Assembly: GCA_028534125.1 (NCBI GenBank)
Contig: CM052816.1
Location: 73,534,001-73,598,000, forward strand
Source: Lama glama
Taxonomy: Eukaryota
Direction of reading: 5' to 3'
DNA length: 64,000 nucleotides
Position numbers and translations under genes: made by a program. Positions 1 through 13,869 of the stretch are shown in pieces (the stretch's first letter is position 1; every line of letters begins with the position of its first letter). The notes under the pieces were generated by a model, which was given only the letters and a program-made list of their open reading frames with translations, was not told where the DNA came from and did no database searches.

Positions 1-353
1 GCTTTGAATATCTGGCCCAAAGTACCACTGAAGATAATTTATTTCAATTTATTCTACTTATAAGATGCAGATTAGGAAAACAGAATCACGATGCTTTAAA
101 TATAAATGCATCTTACTCTCAAAACAGTCATGCAGAGTCATCTATAAGAAGTTTTCTCTTCTATGCTACATTGTACTTACTACTATCATTTTAGTGTTAA
201 AGTATTGCAAAAGATATGGGCCATTGGGCTCTCTTTGTTTTTATGATAACTTTGTACACTAATACTTTGTAAGTCATCCTTCATTGAGTTCAGGAATCTG
301 ATATGCTTGTTAGTTCTCTGCTTTCTCAGTAAATGGTACCATTTTCATGTAGT

Positions 354-409
<56 letters not shown>
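354..409. repeat. (TG)6(TA)22 compound microsatellite
   Basis: Read directly. Confidence 0.97.
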
Positions 410-410
<1 letters not shown>

Positions 411-2538
411 CGGAATTTTGAGTCCTCAACAAGTTTTCTGTTCCCTACTTGAATCTATTCATACCACAGCCTTGTAAGTTTTTTTTTTTCTCTTTCTGTT
501 CAATCTTTTTTCATGTCTTCAACAAAGGCATCATTATCCCATGTAGAAAGGGAATACATTCTGGGTTTTTCGTAAATACCGCCTTTAGAAGATCATCTGT
601 AATATCAGGTTGGGGCCACGCACATCAGACTGTTTTGGTGTGATGAGACTACACACGCTGAAGAGTCCAGGAGATAATAGCTATGCTCCTTGAATCAACT
701 GTCTGCTTCCCTACCCCATTTTTCCAACTGTAAATGCAAGTGAAATAAATGTTCTTGTAAATTCTATTCTCTTTCTCATGCCATTGAGACCATAGTTCTG
801 CACTAGATGGACATATAATTTGAAGACTGGGTTCATGCAAAGAGAAGGAAGTCATTGTCTTCTTAAGATTTGAGTTTACATCAACACTTCCTAGCCAGAT
901 AGAAAGCCTAACGACTGGAAAAGGGAACCAGTCTTACAACGGTAGTGAATCATAAAAGCTAATAAAACCACGATCCTACCAAAGCTGCATCTGGAAGTGA
1001 GGTTTTAAGAAGCAGGCAGGAATGTGCACTAATTATCGGATTGTTAATATGTTACATGTGTTTTGGAGAGGAGATAGTGTGACTCAGGGCAGGCAGTAGC
1101 TGAACCAGTAGCCCTGGGTTTTATCCATCACAGATTTAGTATTAAAATTCCAGCTGCATTAAAACTTTTCTAATGCAACAAATTCCCATATACAACCTGG
1201 TGCTACAACCAAACATACTACCACTTTCAGAGATTTTAACATTTATATGAAGACTGGGGTCTATTTGGACACCTTCTGAACAGGATGGAAAGTTTAGATA
1301 TATCCATTAGGTGATGTTTAGAGCTTTGCCATGAAAATGAACAAAATTTGAAGGCCCTCAAGATCTTCAGATACAATTAGACTTAAAAGTAAATTAATTA
1401 TTTGACTTTAAAAAGCCAGTGTAATTTCCCTTCAGTGTGAGGTAGATGGAGAGTCAGAGAAGATATAGTAAATATAATGTAGTACAAATAATATTAAATT
1501 TATATTTAATAAACTTCTACTTAAAAATATACCTTCTTCTTAGCCATTATGAAAAATACCATTAATTACAATATCAAGGCAACATATATGCCAGATAAAA
1601 ATATGCTAGTAAGAACCGAGAACATAGACATTTAACATGCAATCATTTTCTCATTTCTATTTAAAAGTTCTACTTAAAAGGGAGACTTAAATGTTACTAG
1701 AGAAAGCAATTTAAGAATCTGGTACGTTCTTTGTTAAGTGTTATGTTTCTTTGTATGTATTCTCTTAAGAAAAAGGAACTTTTTAACATTCAGAAGGTAA
1801 GGCAGATCCAACACACTCTAAACTAAGAAAGAATACCAGAGTTTTAGCTCGTTATTCACTATCTTACTCCATGCTTTAATTTTTATTTAGTTACATTGCT
1901 GTAGTATGAGAGACAAAGATAGAGGGGAAAAATCCTCACATTATTTATGGAGTAAGTACATTTGTTACAACTTCATTTCATTTCAGAAATGGGAACATAT
2001 GAGTGAGCTGGATAAACCAGAATTGCCCTTTCCAGCTTAGCTGCATTCTAGCAGGGAAAATAAAAGTCTTTTTCTTCATGATAAATTACTGAGTTTTCTC
2101 TCTCCAATGATGACTTAGTAGACAGTTTACTTAATCTTAAAGCTAATAAGAAGAGACTGTAGTGCCTCCACAAATTCCTTACTCCCCAGCATCTTCTGCT
2201 GAAGAAAAATCTTCCAGATACATCCAATTTTACAAACAGAATCTTCCAATTTAGAAGGTATCTGAGAAGCTCTCATTATGATATTTGGAAATTACCCTCA
2301 GGATTTCTTTTATTATTTTTACCTAACTACTAAAACATTCAAGACAATTTAATACATTATAAATGCAAAACAAACCCACTAAAATAAGGAAATGAGAATA
2401 TATAGGAATTATATAATACGGGTTTAGTTGCAATAGTTCTATTAGAAACTATGCTAGGGCTTGCTATTAAGCATAACATTTATCTCTAAGCTTACTGAAA
2501 TGTAAAGGAAGAAAACACGGAACAAAGCATATAGTTCT

Positions 2539-2618
2539 CAACAACAACAACAACAACAAAGCAAAACAAACAAAAACAAAAACGGAAAAAGAACAACCAC
2601 AACGAGAACAGCAATAAC
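2539..2618. repeat. (CAA)7 followed by an A-rich low-complexity tract
   Basis: Read directly. Confidence 0.9.
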
Positions 2619-3004
2619 AGAAAGGTCATCTGGACAATAAAACTGTTTCTTGGTATTAGATTCTTTTGTGGTTACAAAGAGGGAGGATGGATTACAGATA
2701 TGGAAACTAATATTTCTGAGAAGAGAGTACTGACCAGACACTATTCTAAGTACTTTATCCACATAATCTAATTTATAATCATCACAAGAGCGCTATGGAA
2801 CAAGTAGTACTACTCCAGAAGGAAAAGGAGAATATTGAGGCTATGTGGTTTCATTCTACTTACACACGGCACTATGTCATGTTAAGGGAAATTTTTTTAA
2901 CTCCAAAACATTTTTTCTAAATATCTCATTCATTATTGTGACAAGCCTAGGATGCAATACTAAGTAAGAAGTGTGAAAGTTTTAATAGTAACAAAACAAC
3001 GTCT

Positions 3005-3130
3005 GTCAACATTTATTGAGGACATACTATACATTAATTCTTTTAAACTAATAATTTAATACCTCTATTTTACTGACAAGGAAGGAGAGTCACAGAGAGA
3101 TCAGTTGGCCCAGGTTCCCATAATTATAGA
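3005..3130 (-). mobile_element. MIR SINE fragment
   Basis: ACATTTATTGAG...CTCTATTTTACTGACAAGGAA...CAGAGAGA...GCCCAGGTT resembles the antisense MIR core. Confidence 0.55.
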
Positions 3131-5994
3131 ACCTAGAAATTTCCTGGGTAGTGTCCAAATCATATACTCCTGGTGATTTGAATTAATGCAGAGCTCTTAG
3201 AATACCTTGAGAGATACTCCTGGACTTTAGAGTACTGATGTCAAAAATCAGCTATCTCAGTCAAAGTTCTGATAGGAGTTGGGTAGGAGCCAGGTAGAGT
3301 TCCTGAAATGCAGAGCTGATATTTTGTTCCCCAAAGGTAAAAGCCTGGCTTGTACCCCAGCCCAGGTAAGGGCCATGCCACCTCTGTACTGGTGTTTCTT
3401 TTTGGAAGCACGAGGTGTCAGGCATGAGTTTTCTCTGTGGCAGCTTTTGCATTGGTTACAAGTAGTTCTTTTAGTGAACCCTTGAGTTCTGGCAATAGAT
3501 TCCAATACACCCCACACTTGTGCATCAAGAGCTTCAGAAAAGCCCCTCAAAGCCAGAGCCCTCACCCTGCTAACCAGGTCAGCAGCATGGTGTTCTCTCT
3601 GTTCATCAAGCCTTGATGTTGTGCCAGCACTGAAGGAGTTTCCCACCCACATGTCAGTGTACTCCAAATGTGCTCCTCTTACGGGGACTGTACCTGTAAG
3701 TTTTGGCCCTCCATAGCCTGAGATAGAATTTCTGATAATAAAATAACTGATTAATTCTACAAATATCAATTAGCATCTAAATTTTGCCACTGAATTAAAA
3801 TTAAAACACAGTTCTTAGTTGTTGTAAAATTCACAACTTAAAGTTAAAAAAAATCAGACATAAATCAGTACATATTTCACTTCAGATTATGTACATGTGT
3901 AAATGATATCTGTTTTAATTTGAAGAAAGAAGCACACCCATTGTGCTCTTTTGGCACAAATTATTAGGTTAAATCATGTATTATTAACTGTATTCCTCCA
4001 AATCTTATCTACAAAAATAAAAATTTACATGGTTCAATCTAGTTCCTACAAATACCAAACTATTAATAGTAGCAAAATATCAATAAAAATGTTACAGAAA
4101 TTTAGCCATGGTAACCTGGACACCTTCCTTCCTCGAGAAAATAAGATTCTAACAATGAGCTGGCCTGGAAATTACACATTTCAGGTTTTCAGAAGGAAAG
4201 CATATATTGTAACATGTATCTCTGTATAATGAAGTGCACACAGTATTTATTAATGCCTAATTCAAGTTTTACTTACAGTTCTCAATTCTTCAAAGGTTTT
4301 TCTATTATTAAATACTTGGAAAACCAGTTATCTTTAAAAACAAGTTATATCATATTAAATGGAATAAATCAGATAGTATCTTTTATGATATGCTCAAAGC
4401 ACAGCCTCTACGCATTACAAATATGGGAACAAATTACTGATTCATTGTATCTATTATCTGTCTTATCTATCTATGTAGTCTATCACTGAATGATAAGTTG
4501 TCACTTTTATTTAAGAAAATTTATATATATACAGTCATATCTTTAAAGCATGTCTTGTACAGCTGATTAGTGCATTTTGAATAAGTAAACAAGAAACTCC
4601 TATCTTGAATTACTACCTTCTCTCAAGATAAAGGGAATAAGAATATTTAAAATCCAAGAGAATTCAAATTTCAACATGAGCTAAACTAACTTTTTTTTAA
4701 AAAATCAATTTAACAACCAGCTTAAACAATCTGATCTAAGATTTAATTTCAACAAATAGATATTTACTTATTTAGGTACTTTTAAAATTCTTAGGTGCAG
4801 TCTAATACCTGTAACAATTTTCATTTGGCATTATTTTCTAAGCTACCTAACAATACAAATATAGACATGTTTTCTCAATATGTACGTTACTAAAATCAAC
4901 ACTCTTCTAAAAAAATTACTCTACTGCTGTCTAAAGCAAGAATTACCATAGTTATTTCATAAGCTCTTTTAAAACATAGATACTGATTTTTTTCATGTAA
5001 TGAACCATGAATAGAATAAAAATATTCTTGTGGCCCACCTTTAAATGCACAACACTTTGCAATAGTTCACACATTTCCTCAAAGAAATGCTGCAGGACTA
5101 GCAATGCCTTATTAACCACTGCATCCATGGTACAGCTAGAAGGCACGTAGAATCCTTGGGATCTTTTGTTAACCATTCTCATGTTTGTGAAATATTTTTA
5201 CTTTGACAGGTTCTATATACATTTTATATCAAAATCTGACAGTCGTAAGACAAATGACATTCCAATGTTTGTATGGAAGACTCCTACATTTACCTTCTAA
5301 ATTCAATAAAAATATAATATGGCCCTAACAGATATAGAACTGTATTACCCAGACACTAAAAAAATTGTTCTAAGGAAAAAATGGAAGAAAAGAAATTCTT
5401 TTTCTATAGGAAAAATAAAAGCCTTGAGCCAGAACCACTGGGTCCTATCCATCAGTGCAACTGAACCCTCCTAGACCTTTTGCCAAGGTTATAAAGTAAA
5501 TCGAAGTCCCTGAAACCAAATACAATATATCTATGTAGCCATCAAAGTATGGGAAGGTATAAAAGGCACACACAGACACAGGAGTGATTCTCAGTAAGAA
5601 AAGGAAGATTTGCCTTCTCTGGTGAATCATCATACAGATCATTCCTTTGGGTTTTGGAAGGATACATGAGGATTTGCCAAACATGAAAAGGAAGGGTTGT
5701 TCACATCAGTCTAAGATATGTGTAAACTGTTAGTGCCTAAGTATTGCTTAACTATAAGGTACGAGATGATGAGCGAAGTCACCATATCATTAAGGTGCTC
5801 ACGCTCATGATGGTAATCTACACCATAGTGTTTTAGCAGGAGTGTGTGACTTGATCACATAAATAATTCAAAATGATCACTTAGTGACAAGAGAGAGATT
5901 TGACTGAGGCAGAAGTAGTCGGAGGAGGGACACCATTATTAACAGTCTGAAGCAGAGATGCTATGACACAGGCCTAACTTCAGCCAGAAAGAGG

Positions 5995-7660
5995 GGACTG
6001 ATTCATCCACTTATTCATTTATCTATTTTTTCTGCAAATATTCATTGAGTACCCACTATGTGCTTGGCCCCTGTTCTGAGCACTGAGTCTATAGAAGCAA
6101 ACAGACAAAAATGTCCCTGTCCTATGAAGCTTACAGTGTAGAGAAGAAAAATAAATGTTTCAAAAGTAGATTAAGAAATTAAAATAATAATAATCTGATT
6201 TTAAATTCTACTTAAAAAAACAGAACTAGGTGCTGTGCTAGAATTGCACTATTCAGTATGGTAGCTGCTAGCCGCAAGTAGCTATTTTAATTTAGATTTA
6301 ATTAATGAAAATCCAGTTTCCAAATATCTCCAGCCACATGTTAAGTGCTCAATAGTTAAATATCAGACAACATAGATTACTGAGCATTTCTGTCACTGCA
6401 GAAAGTTCAGGATGGAGCTACTTTAAGACAGATTCTTCATATAAAATTATTTATTTATGAAGAGGTGATATTTGTACTGAGACCTGAATGATGGAATAGA
6501 AATCAGGAGAAATAAAGCTCAGGCAGAGGGCACAAATGCAAGAGTTCCAAAGAACAAAATCAGATGGTCAAGAAAGAAAAAGCAAGCCAGTGGGCTGGAG
6601 AATGGTGTGTGAAAGAGAAGTGGGAGAAGTGTAGACTGTGGTTCCTGAGGCCATGCTAGGGAGTCTGACATTTATCCGAACTTAACAGGAAGCCAATGAA
6701 GGAATTAATCCACGTGAATGATGTGATGTGATTTATGGGGTTTTTTTATCACTTTATTTTGGGGACAAGAGATAGTAGGAGGGAAAATGAAAGCATTATG
6801 CAGGTGAAAAAGTGATGGCTTTGAAACAGAGCTGTAGAGAAGTGCTAGCTAGGGTCAAGACACAATTTGGAGGCAGAGCATACAAATCTTTGTGTTTGAC
6901 AGTAAATGGGGGTGGGAGGTAATTAAGAGAAAGAGCGGATGGTATTGCTTTGTACTGAGATGAAGAAATCTGTGGGGGCAAGGAATAGCTTTGGGAGGGA
7001 AAAAATCAGTTATTTAATTTTGGAGATAATTAAGATAACTATTAAAATTTAAGAGCAGCTGGCAAGTAGTTAGAGGCTTTTGAGCTTAGGAAAGAAGTCA
7101 GGGCTGGAAATATATGTTTGGGCATCATCATCATATGTATGGAATTTAAAGTCATGAAACTGAGAGATCCCCGTGGAGATAGCATAGAATTCGTGGGTCT
7201 GAGTCCAACGTCAATGCAATTATCTCCATATTGAGTAGAGCAAAGGGAGAAGATAGAAGAATGAGTGCCAAGGAGATAGGAGGGAATTCCAGAGAGTGAA
7301 TTCTCAGAAGGCAAATGAGAAAACTGTTTCTAGAAGTATGGAGGAATAGTTATTTCAAATGTCACTGAGAGGAGGAGTAAGACTAGAAGAGAACACTGAA
7401 ATTTAGCAGCATGGGAGCTGTTGGTGCCTGATGAAAGGATGCCAAGTAGAAGCCCAATTTTTCTGAGTCGAGGAAGGGAATGAAAAATGGGAAAATGGGG
7501 ATATTTAGACAACTTATGTTTTGCTGAGAAGGAGAGGAAAAAACGGCGAGAAATCGGAGAAAAGCTTACGGTCAAAGGAAGGTTGTTTATTAGATGAGAG
7601 ATCCCCGGACATACTGCAGAGAGTGATCCCATATAGGGGCAGAGATTAATGACAGTAATG
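5995..7660 (-). mobile_element. LINE-2 relic (3' region), interrupted by a DNA transposon
   Basis: Antisense L2 tail (ATTCATCCACTTATTCATT...AATATTCATTGAGTACCCACTATGTGC) and purine-rich L2 body motifs (GAGGTGATATTTG..CTGAGACCTGAATGATG; GGGCTGGAAATATATGTTTGGG..TCATCA). Confidence 0.8.
6245..6420. mobile_element. MER3/MER33-like hAT-Charlie element nested in L2
   Basis: TATGGTAGCTGCTAGCCGCAAGTAGCTATT...AGCCACATGTTAAGTGCTCAATAG...CATTTCTGTCACTGCAGAAAGTTC resemble recalled MER3/MER33 motifs. Confidence 0.7.
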
Positions 7661-10189
7661 GTCATTCACTTGAGCTAAGATGAATGGAAGTTTAATAATA
7701 ATGTACAATTTTAATGTATTAATATTCTTCTAAACAGAAGACTAAAAATGTCAGGCTGAAATCTGATGTTCTCAGGCAGTGTCATCTTAGTTCAGTCTTA
7801 TTTTACTTATTCTTCCCCAAAGTGTCCTCAGATCAAATCTTCTCATTCCGTAACTCATTATTTTTCAATAATCAAACAATATATTGTAATTCTCAACCTT
7901 TTAGCATTCGAAGACTATATTTAAGGTTAAGATAGTTTTTAGATGCCCATATGGAATCTTATACCTACATAATGATGGGAAGCTAACATGAATACTTCGA
8001 AGTAAATTTTTTCACTACACAATTTCCACAGTATTTGAAAAATAGTAATATATTTATTAGATAGGACCCTTATGCAGGTTATAGACAATGTGTAATGTGA
8101 CCATTCATCATAACTGAAATCCTTTAGGTGCACAGATTGAGGGAGGTCCATGTACAATGTGAAAAGAAGGAAGTGAACAAATAATTATATATACTGCTGT
8201 AGCCTGAATCAGGGAAGTTACTAGTAGTACACAAATGCTTTTATCCAAATTCAAAAAGTTATTTTTCAAATGAAATCCTTTGAAAATCCAAAAACTTCCT
8301 TTCCTTTACTGACCCCTGGAAACCACTGACCCAGCACATACCGTAAAATCAGAACAATGCTGAAACTTACTGTTATTATTAGCAAATGTTTCAAAGAAAA
8401 TCATCTTAAAGGAAAACTTGTACTCTCCCAGACTTAAGTATTGAAAATACAAAATATTTGCCCCTGAAAGCAGAAGTTAGTCAGGCAGTTGGTTTAAAAA
8501 GAAAACCTATAAAACTCTAATTTTGTTAAAAAGAAAAAAATCAACTTTAACCCAAATTGTAACTCAGCTTAAATCTCATTTTTACTGTGTTTTAAATTTA
8601 GGAGGCAAAAATCCATTCATTTAATATTTTTAAAAATTTTCAAATCATATCTCCTGTGATTTTATAGCAATCTAGTATGAGGTCCAATAGCTCCAAATGC
8701 TATTTTGCTAATAATTTGTCTTTAATTGGACATGGTGTCATTATCTGCCTGAATTTATCACCACACAGGGATGAAGCCTCGAAACTGAACCACGACGAAG
8801 GAATGCACTGAAGTACTTAGGCTGAGAAAGGAGCCTGCCTCAGCCTCAGAGCTGGTGCCTTTTCTGTTGGTGGACTCTCCTCTCTATAGTTCTCCATGGA
8901 CGCATGTCCCTTTGTTTGCTTTCTGTTTGTCTTCTGACTGTCCAACTTAGCTTGTCCTCATGGTTCCTATGTCTGGATTTATATCTGCCCACCTCTCTGA
9001 TTTCTTGATCTTAGCCTTGCCCTGATCTGTCTGCATGCAGCAGCACTTTTCACTCTTGGGGCGTAAAAAAGTGACATCATTAAGTTTGCAGACATCACTG
9101 AACTTCTCTAGGAAAAAACTTTTCCCCAACCTAAAATTATTGAATCACCTCAAAGTGTGTAACTGATTTTTTCTAAAATGTAGATGCACTTTAATATGGG
9201 CAAGGTTATAAAGAATTTAGTAATATTTTCATTTCCTTCATTATAAGGGTCCCTTTCTTCCCTCTTCCTGACTGTGTTTGACTAGAGTGGTTGACCTAAA
9301 GCTGGCAGTCAGTAAATACTTTGAATAATGGATTCTGTTTTTCCCATAAAACCTTCTACAACTTTCCTAATCCAAAATCCTTGTTCCCTTGATCTACTAT
9401 TGCAGTTATTGTTTATGCTATTTATGTGGCAACATATATATTTTAGACAGACGTCTATACCTAACATCTATAGATGTGACATCTATACCTAACATTTATT
9501 AACACTTCACAAATTCTTTTGCTCTTTACTGACAGAATGTGCCTAGTACAGTGTTCAGTGAATTTCAGCGACTGAATTAGGAGTAAGGTCTAGATGCTAG
9601 AGTGTGACTTCCTCATCTTTGTATCCTGTAGTAAATAACACATATGTGGTACTTCACAAGTAGTCATTGACTTGTCTGTGATGCTTATGAGAATCAAACT
9701 TAAGACTAAAATAACTTTATAGAGGAGACAATTGATTAAGGAATAGATAACAAGAGGTGGTATTGACTGAAAGTAAAAGCTCACTAACTTCCAAATAGAA
9801 TTAAATTCACAAATATTAAAGGTTATTAAGGGATACATGCCAGGTTTTTAAAGCTTATGTTAGGCAGTGCTACCTTCCTAGCTCTGCCTTCATCATCACC
9901 AAATGGTATTTCTGCAAAATCTACTGGATCAGTTAGAATATAGAAATAAGAATATCCATTATTTGTTGGACATTTTCCATGCATTAAGTAATTTATTCTT
10001 TATATAAGCTCTATGAAGTAGGGTTGATTAATATCACCCCAAATAATAAAAGGCAGACAGATCTGTCTGGTTTTAAATTCTATGCTCAATCTACTGTCCC
10101 ATGCTTTCCCTCCAGTCACTACAGGTCATATTCACAAATGTTTCTGTTCTTACATTTGGGTCCTATACTAGCTAGATAGTCAGCTCCAA

Positions 10190-10275
10190 CTATTAGGGCC
10201 AATTATGGGACTTGAGCATCTGCAGATTTTACTGGAAACAACCCACTGCGATACTCACAATACCGAGCAACACTA
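10190..10275 (+). mobile_element. MER2-like TcMar-Tigger fragment
   Basis: GGGACTTGAGCATCTGCAGATTTT..CTGGAAACAACCC..TGCGATAC resembles the MER2 end. Confidence 0.55.
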
Positions 10276-12129
10276 ACAGATACCAAATAATGGTGTAAAA
10301 TCTCTTCCAAGATGATTTTTTTATAATAGGAATGGCTGTAATGTGGAAATTACAGAGCTTTCATTGCTTTGCCCAATGTCTTGCTTTTTAAAATAACTCA
10401 GCTACTGGTAAACTCTGATAAATGTGTCACTGTTTTCTAATGATGAATGGGGTATGGAAATAGCTCAGACTGTATATCTATAATCGATATACCTACCTGA
10501 CTATGTAAAAAATGCATGTTGATGGGAGAGTAAAAAGAATGGGAATGATGGCCTGAAGTGGTATCCTTTTTTCAAAATAATAAGGAGTCTGTGAGAGGGA
10601 GAGAATTCAGTCAAAAGTGAGAAAGTGAGGAGCTGAAGAGCGAAGAGCAGAAAGCAAGATATTAAAGTTAGGGGCAAATGGCCAGAGGAAACCTTTCAGA
10701 TAAGTGGACACCTTTCAATAATCTCAAAGCAAAAAAAGAAGAAGTAAGTGGAGTTTCTCAGCTTGGGCCTGGTAGGTTACTGTTTCACATATAGAGTGTT
10801 GATAGGTGGTTATCGCTGAACTTTAGATAATTTATGAATACACAATATGGAAAATTCTCTTGCTAGAGCAAAGCATAAATCATTCGTATAAAAAAGATCA
10901 TTTCCATAATAGAATGCCTTATACTAAATCTTTATTTTGTGTTTTGTTTTTCTATTTTCCCTGACCCCACATTTCTTTAATATATTGTAAGGACAGTATC
11001 ATCATTTGTACATTTAAAAGTTAAATACTTATTAATTAAAATATGTGTAACATATTTGAGGGGTGAGTTAATCTACACTTACTTATATTACTGAATTCTA
11101 AAATGATTAACTATTCTGATCCTCACTTTACAATATTTAGAACCTAAGATGTACAAGCTTCAAATAAAAATATTCTTTAAAATGTCCTTTGCTCTTGGAT
11201 TTTAATCTCTGTTTTGAGACATTAGGTATTTTGGAAGTTTCCAAAAATATCCTCTTTAAATCATACTCACTGTTTGCTTTGAACACTTTTAGAAGCAAAA
11301 TAATAAACAGGAGGGGGTTTTCTAAAAGTAAATACACTTGATCCTCAATGAACAGGAAATCAGACTCACTGATTTGGCTTTACATGAATATCCAAATTAT
11401 AATTGATATTCTTAACATGCTTTAAATTTGTTATTAAGTAGCTGTTTAGATAATCTCAACCTAAATATAGCTTTCTTTTCTGCATTAATTCTCTGTTATC
11501 TTCTTGCATTCCTCTGAAGAACAATAAATTGTTTCTATTATTTGTCTTTGATACTTGAAACAGAACATATAAATCACATAGGGTTAATGAAAACTAATAA
11601 TTTAACTCAGCTGTTGAGGCATGTCTGCTAAATAAAGTTATAGATAAACTTACATTGTAATTCAAAGCTGGAGAGAGGCTTTTGTTACAATTTAGCCTCT
11701 TCATAATAAATGTTTCTTTGAACTTGTGCTGCAGTGAAAGAAGGCAAAAAAGGGAAAGCTTTGCTGATCTTTTAAACACATCAAAGCCTTAGGAAGCTAA
11801 GCATGTTGGACAGATGCTTTTGTCAATCTGAACAGTATCTGTGCTCCATCCTCATATGGAGATACGGCATTTATCTCCTTTGAATGGTAGACAGGAGCTA
11901 CTGCCACTGCTGAAACTCTACGAGGTCCACACAGAGCTTAATGATTTCTGTTTCTTTTAGTATCCCTCAACTTGAATCATTAAGATATCTCTTCTGAACA
12001 TAAATTTTATTGGGGGAAAAAAGGTTCTAAATACTGGTTACAGAAAATCTAGGAGTATTAAAAGAAATAAAAATCACCAATAAATAATTACTGTTACCTT
12101 AGACTGTCTTCTTCCTTTCTGGTACACAC

Positions 12130-13110
12130 CTATGTGTTATATGTTGAATTGTCACTTTAATAGAATTGTGATCATACAGTACCATATTTTAAAGCTTACA
12201 TTATTAACAATTCCTCATATCATTAAATAATGTCATTTCTAAAATTTTTCTAACATTTCCTGTGATTGCTACTGTAAATAAAATATGTAATCGTAGGTTG
12301 ATTTAACATGGACTTTCAGTTGAACATTTATTTAGATTGTTTTCAGTTTGTCAGTATTACATAATAATTTCAATATACTTTTTAATACATAAATCTGGTT
12401 TTGGCAACACTGACCATTTCTTTGGCATAGATTTCTAAAAGTGAAATTATATGGTTAAGGGCATAACAGTTTGAAGGGTATTCTAGCAAGTTGCTTAATT
12501 GCTTTAAAAATCTTCCCAGTTTACAGGCTTATCTGCAATTCAACAAATGCACACAATGCTGGCTATTACCTTTTTGTTTTGGTTTGTTTTTGTCTTAGCT
12601 ACTTTGATGAGAAAAATATTTTATCTGATTTTAATTTGGATTTATTTTACTAATTAGAGGGTGAAATATTTCATATGCCTAAAACCCGTATTTTTCTTCT
12701 TTTGAATTGTATTTTTATGTCATTTGCTCAATTTTTTGTTGAGTTTTAGTTTACCTTTTTTCTTTGATTTTTGTGAGCTCTTAAAAAGATTGGGGTTAGT
12801 TCCTTCGTTAAATTTGTGGTAGAAAATGTTCTCTTTTTAAAATTTTTCTTTTTATTTTATATTTTCATGTACAGAATCATTAATATTTTTATATTCAGAT
12901 CTCCATTTTCACTTCAAGAGTTTGTCCATGTGTTTTATGTTTTTCATACCAAGATTAAACTACTTTCCTATATTTTTAATTCTCAATATATTATGGTATT
13001 GTTTTTCAAAGATAATGTTTCATTAGCTTAAAATTTGTTATTGATTTCAGGAAAGGATCCAATCACTCTCCTTTTGCCCAAAGAGGTAATTTTCCAGCAC
13101 CCTATACTCT
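12130..13110 (-). mobile_element. Ancient L1 (L1M/L1ME-like) fragment
   Basis: T-rich antisense L1 motifs (ATTTAGATTGTTTTCAGTTT; GATTTCTAAAAGTGAAATT; TTTTTCTTCTTTTGAATTGT..TTTATGTCATTTGCTCA). Confidence 0.65.
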
Positions 13111-13869
13111 ACTTCTAATTTTTCATGCTATCTTAATCATAAACTACATTTGACATACTAAATTATTATTTAGTATTCATTTACACTGTGCCTTGTTCCA
13201 AATCATTAAAGAAAACAAGTAAAAATTAAGGATAAAATTAAGACAAGTAAAATAAAGAAAATAAAAACAAAAATTGAAATTGTAGATGGAGTCAAGTATG
13301 AGTTAACGCAAAATTTCTGCCTTCAAATGTTATACCTAAGCAAAGAGTAGACCATAAATAGTGCCCCATAGGTTTTAAAGAAGTTAGCGAGAAGAAGCAA
13401 GTCCAGGTATTATGAGATTCAGGATTCACAGGTATAAAAAACTAGAGCTTTTAAAAATCACAAATTATCTGTCCAATGATACCATAATGAAGAATACTGT
13501 ATAATACAGTGAAATATATTCTTTACAATAGTTTATAACAAACAAATCATATTTATGAGTGTATTCCATATCCCTCATAATTACTGCTATTCTTATACAA
13601 ACTCTTGAAAGATATAGAGCAGCCATAAGTTTCAAGAATATTCAACTGAGAAGTCTTGAGGAGGGGCCACTAATGAATGCTGCCAGTTGAGGGTGCTGCA
13701 AGGATTAACAATTTGAAGAGCTAGGAGAGAACTGACATCTTCTTGAGCAAACTGAAGAGGGTTAAAAGGTCATGTCATGTTTCTGAATAGAAGTCCACTC
13801 TTCCTCAGCTTGGAGGAAATTTTTATACATAGGATAATTAGTGTCTGAGCCATCTATTCCATCCATCAA

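Noticed and set aside
3320..3371. AAG|GTAAAA and CAG|GTAAGG back-to-back splice-like motifs
   Set aside because: Weak pyrimidine tracts and a competing AG 5 nt upstream; much poorer than the 25212 site.
3257..3769. 170-aa minus-strand ORF
   Set aside because: Non-ATG start, no recognisable domain, lies in a locally GC-richer intronic patch where stops are rarer.
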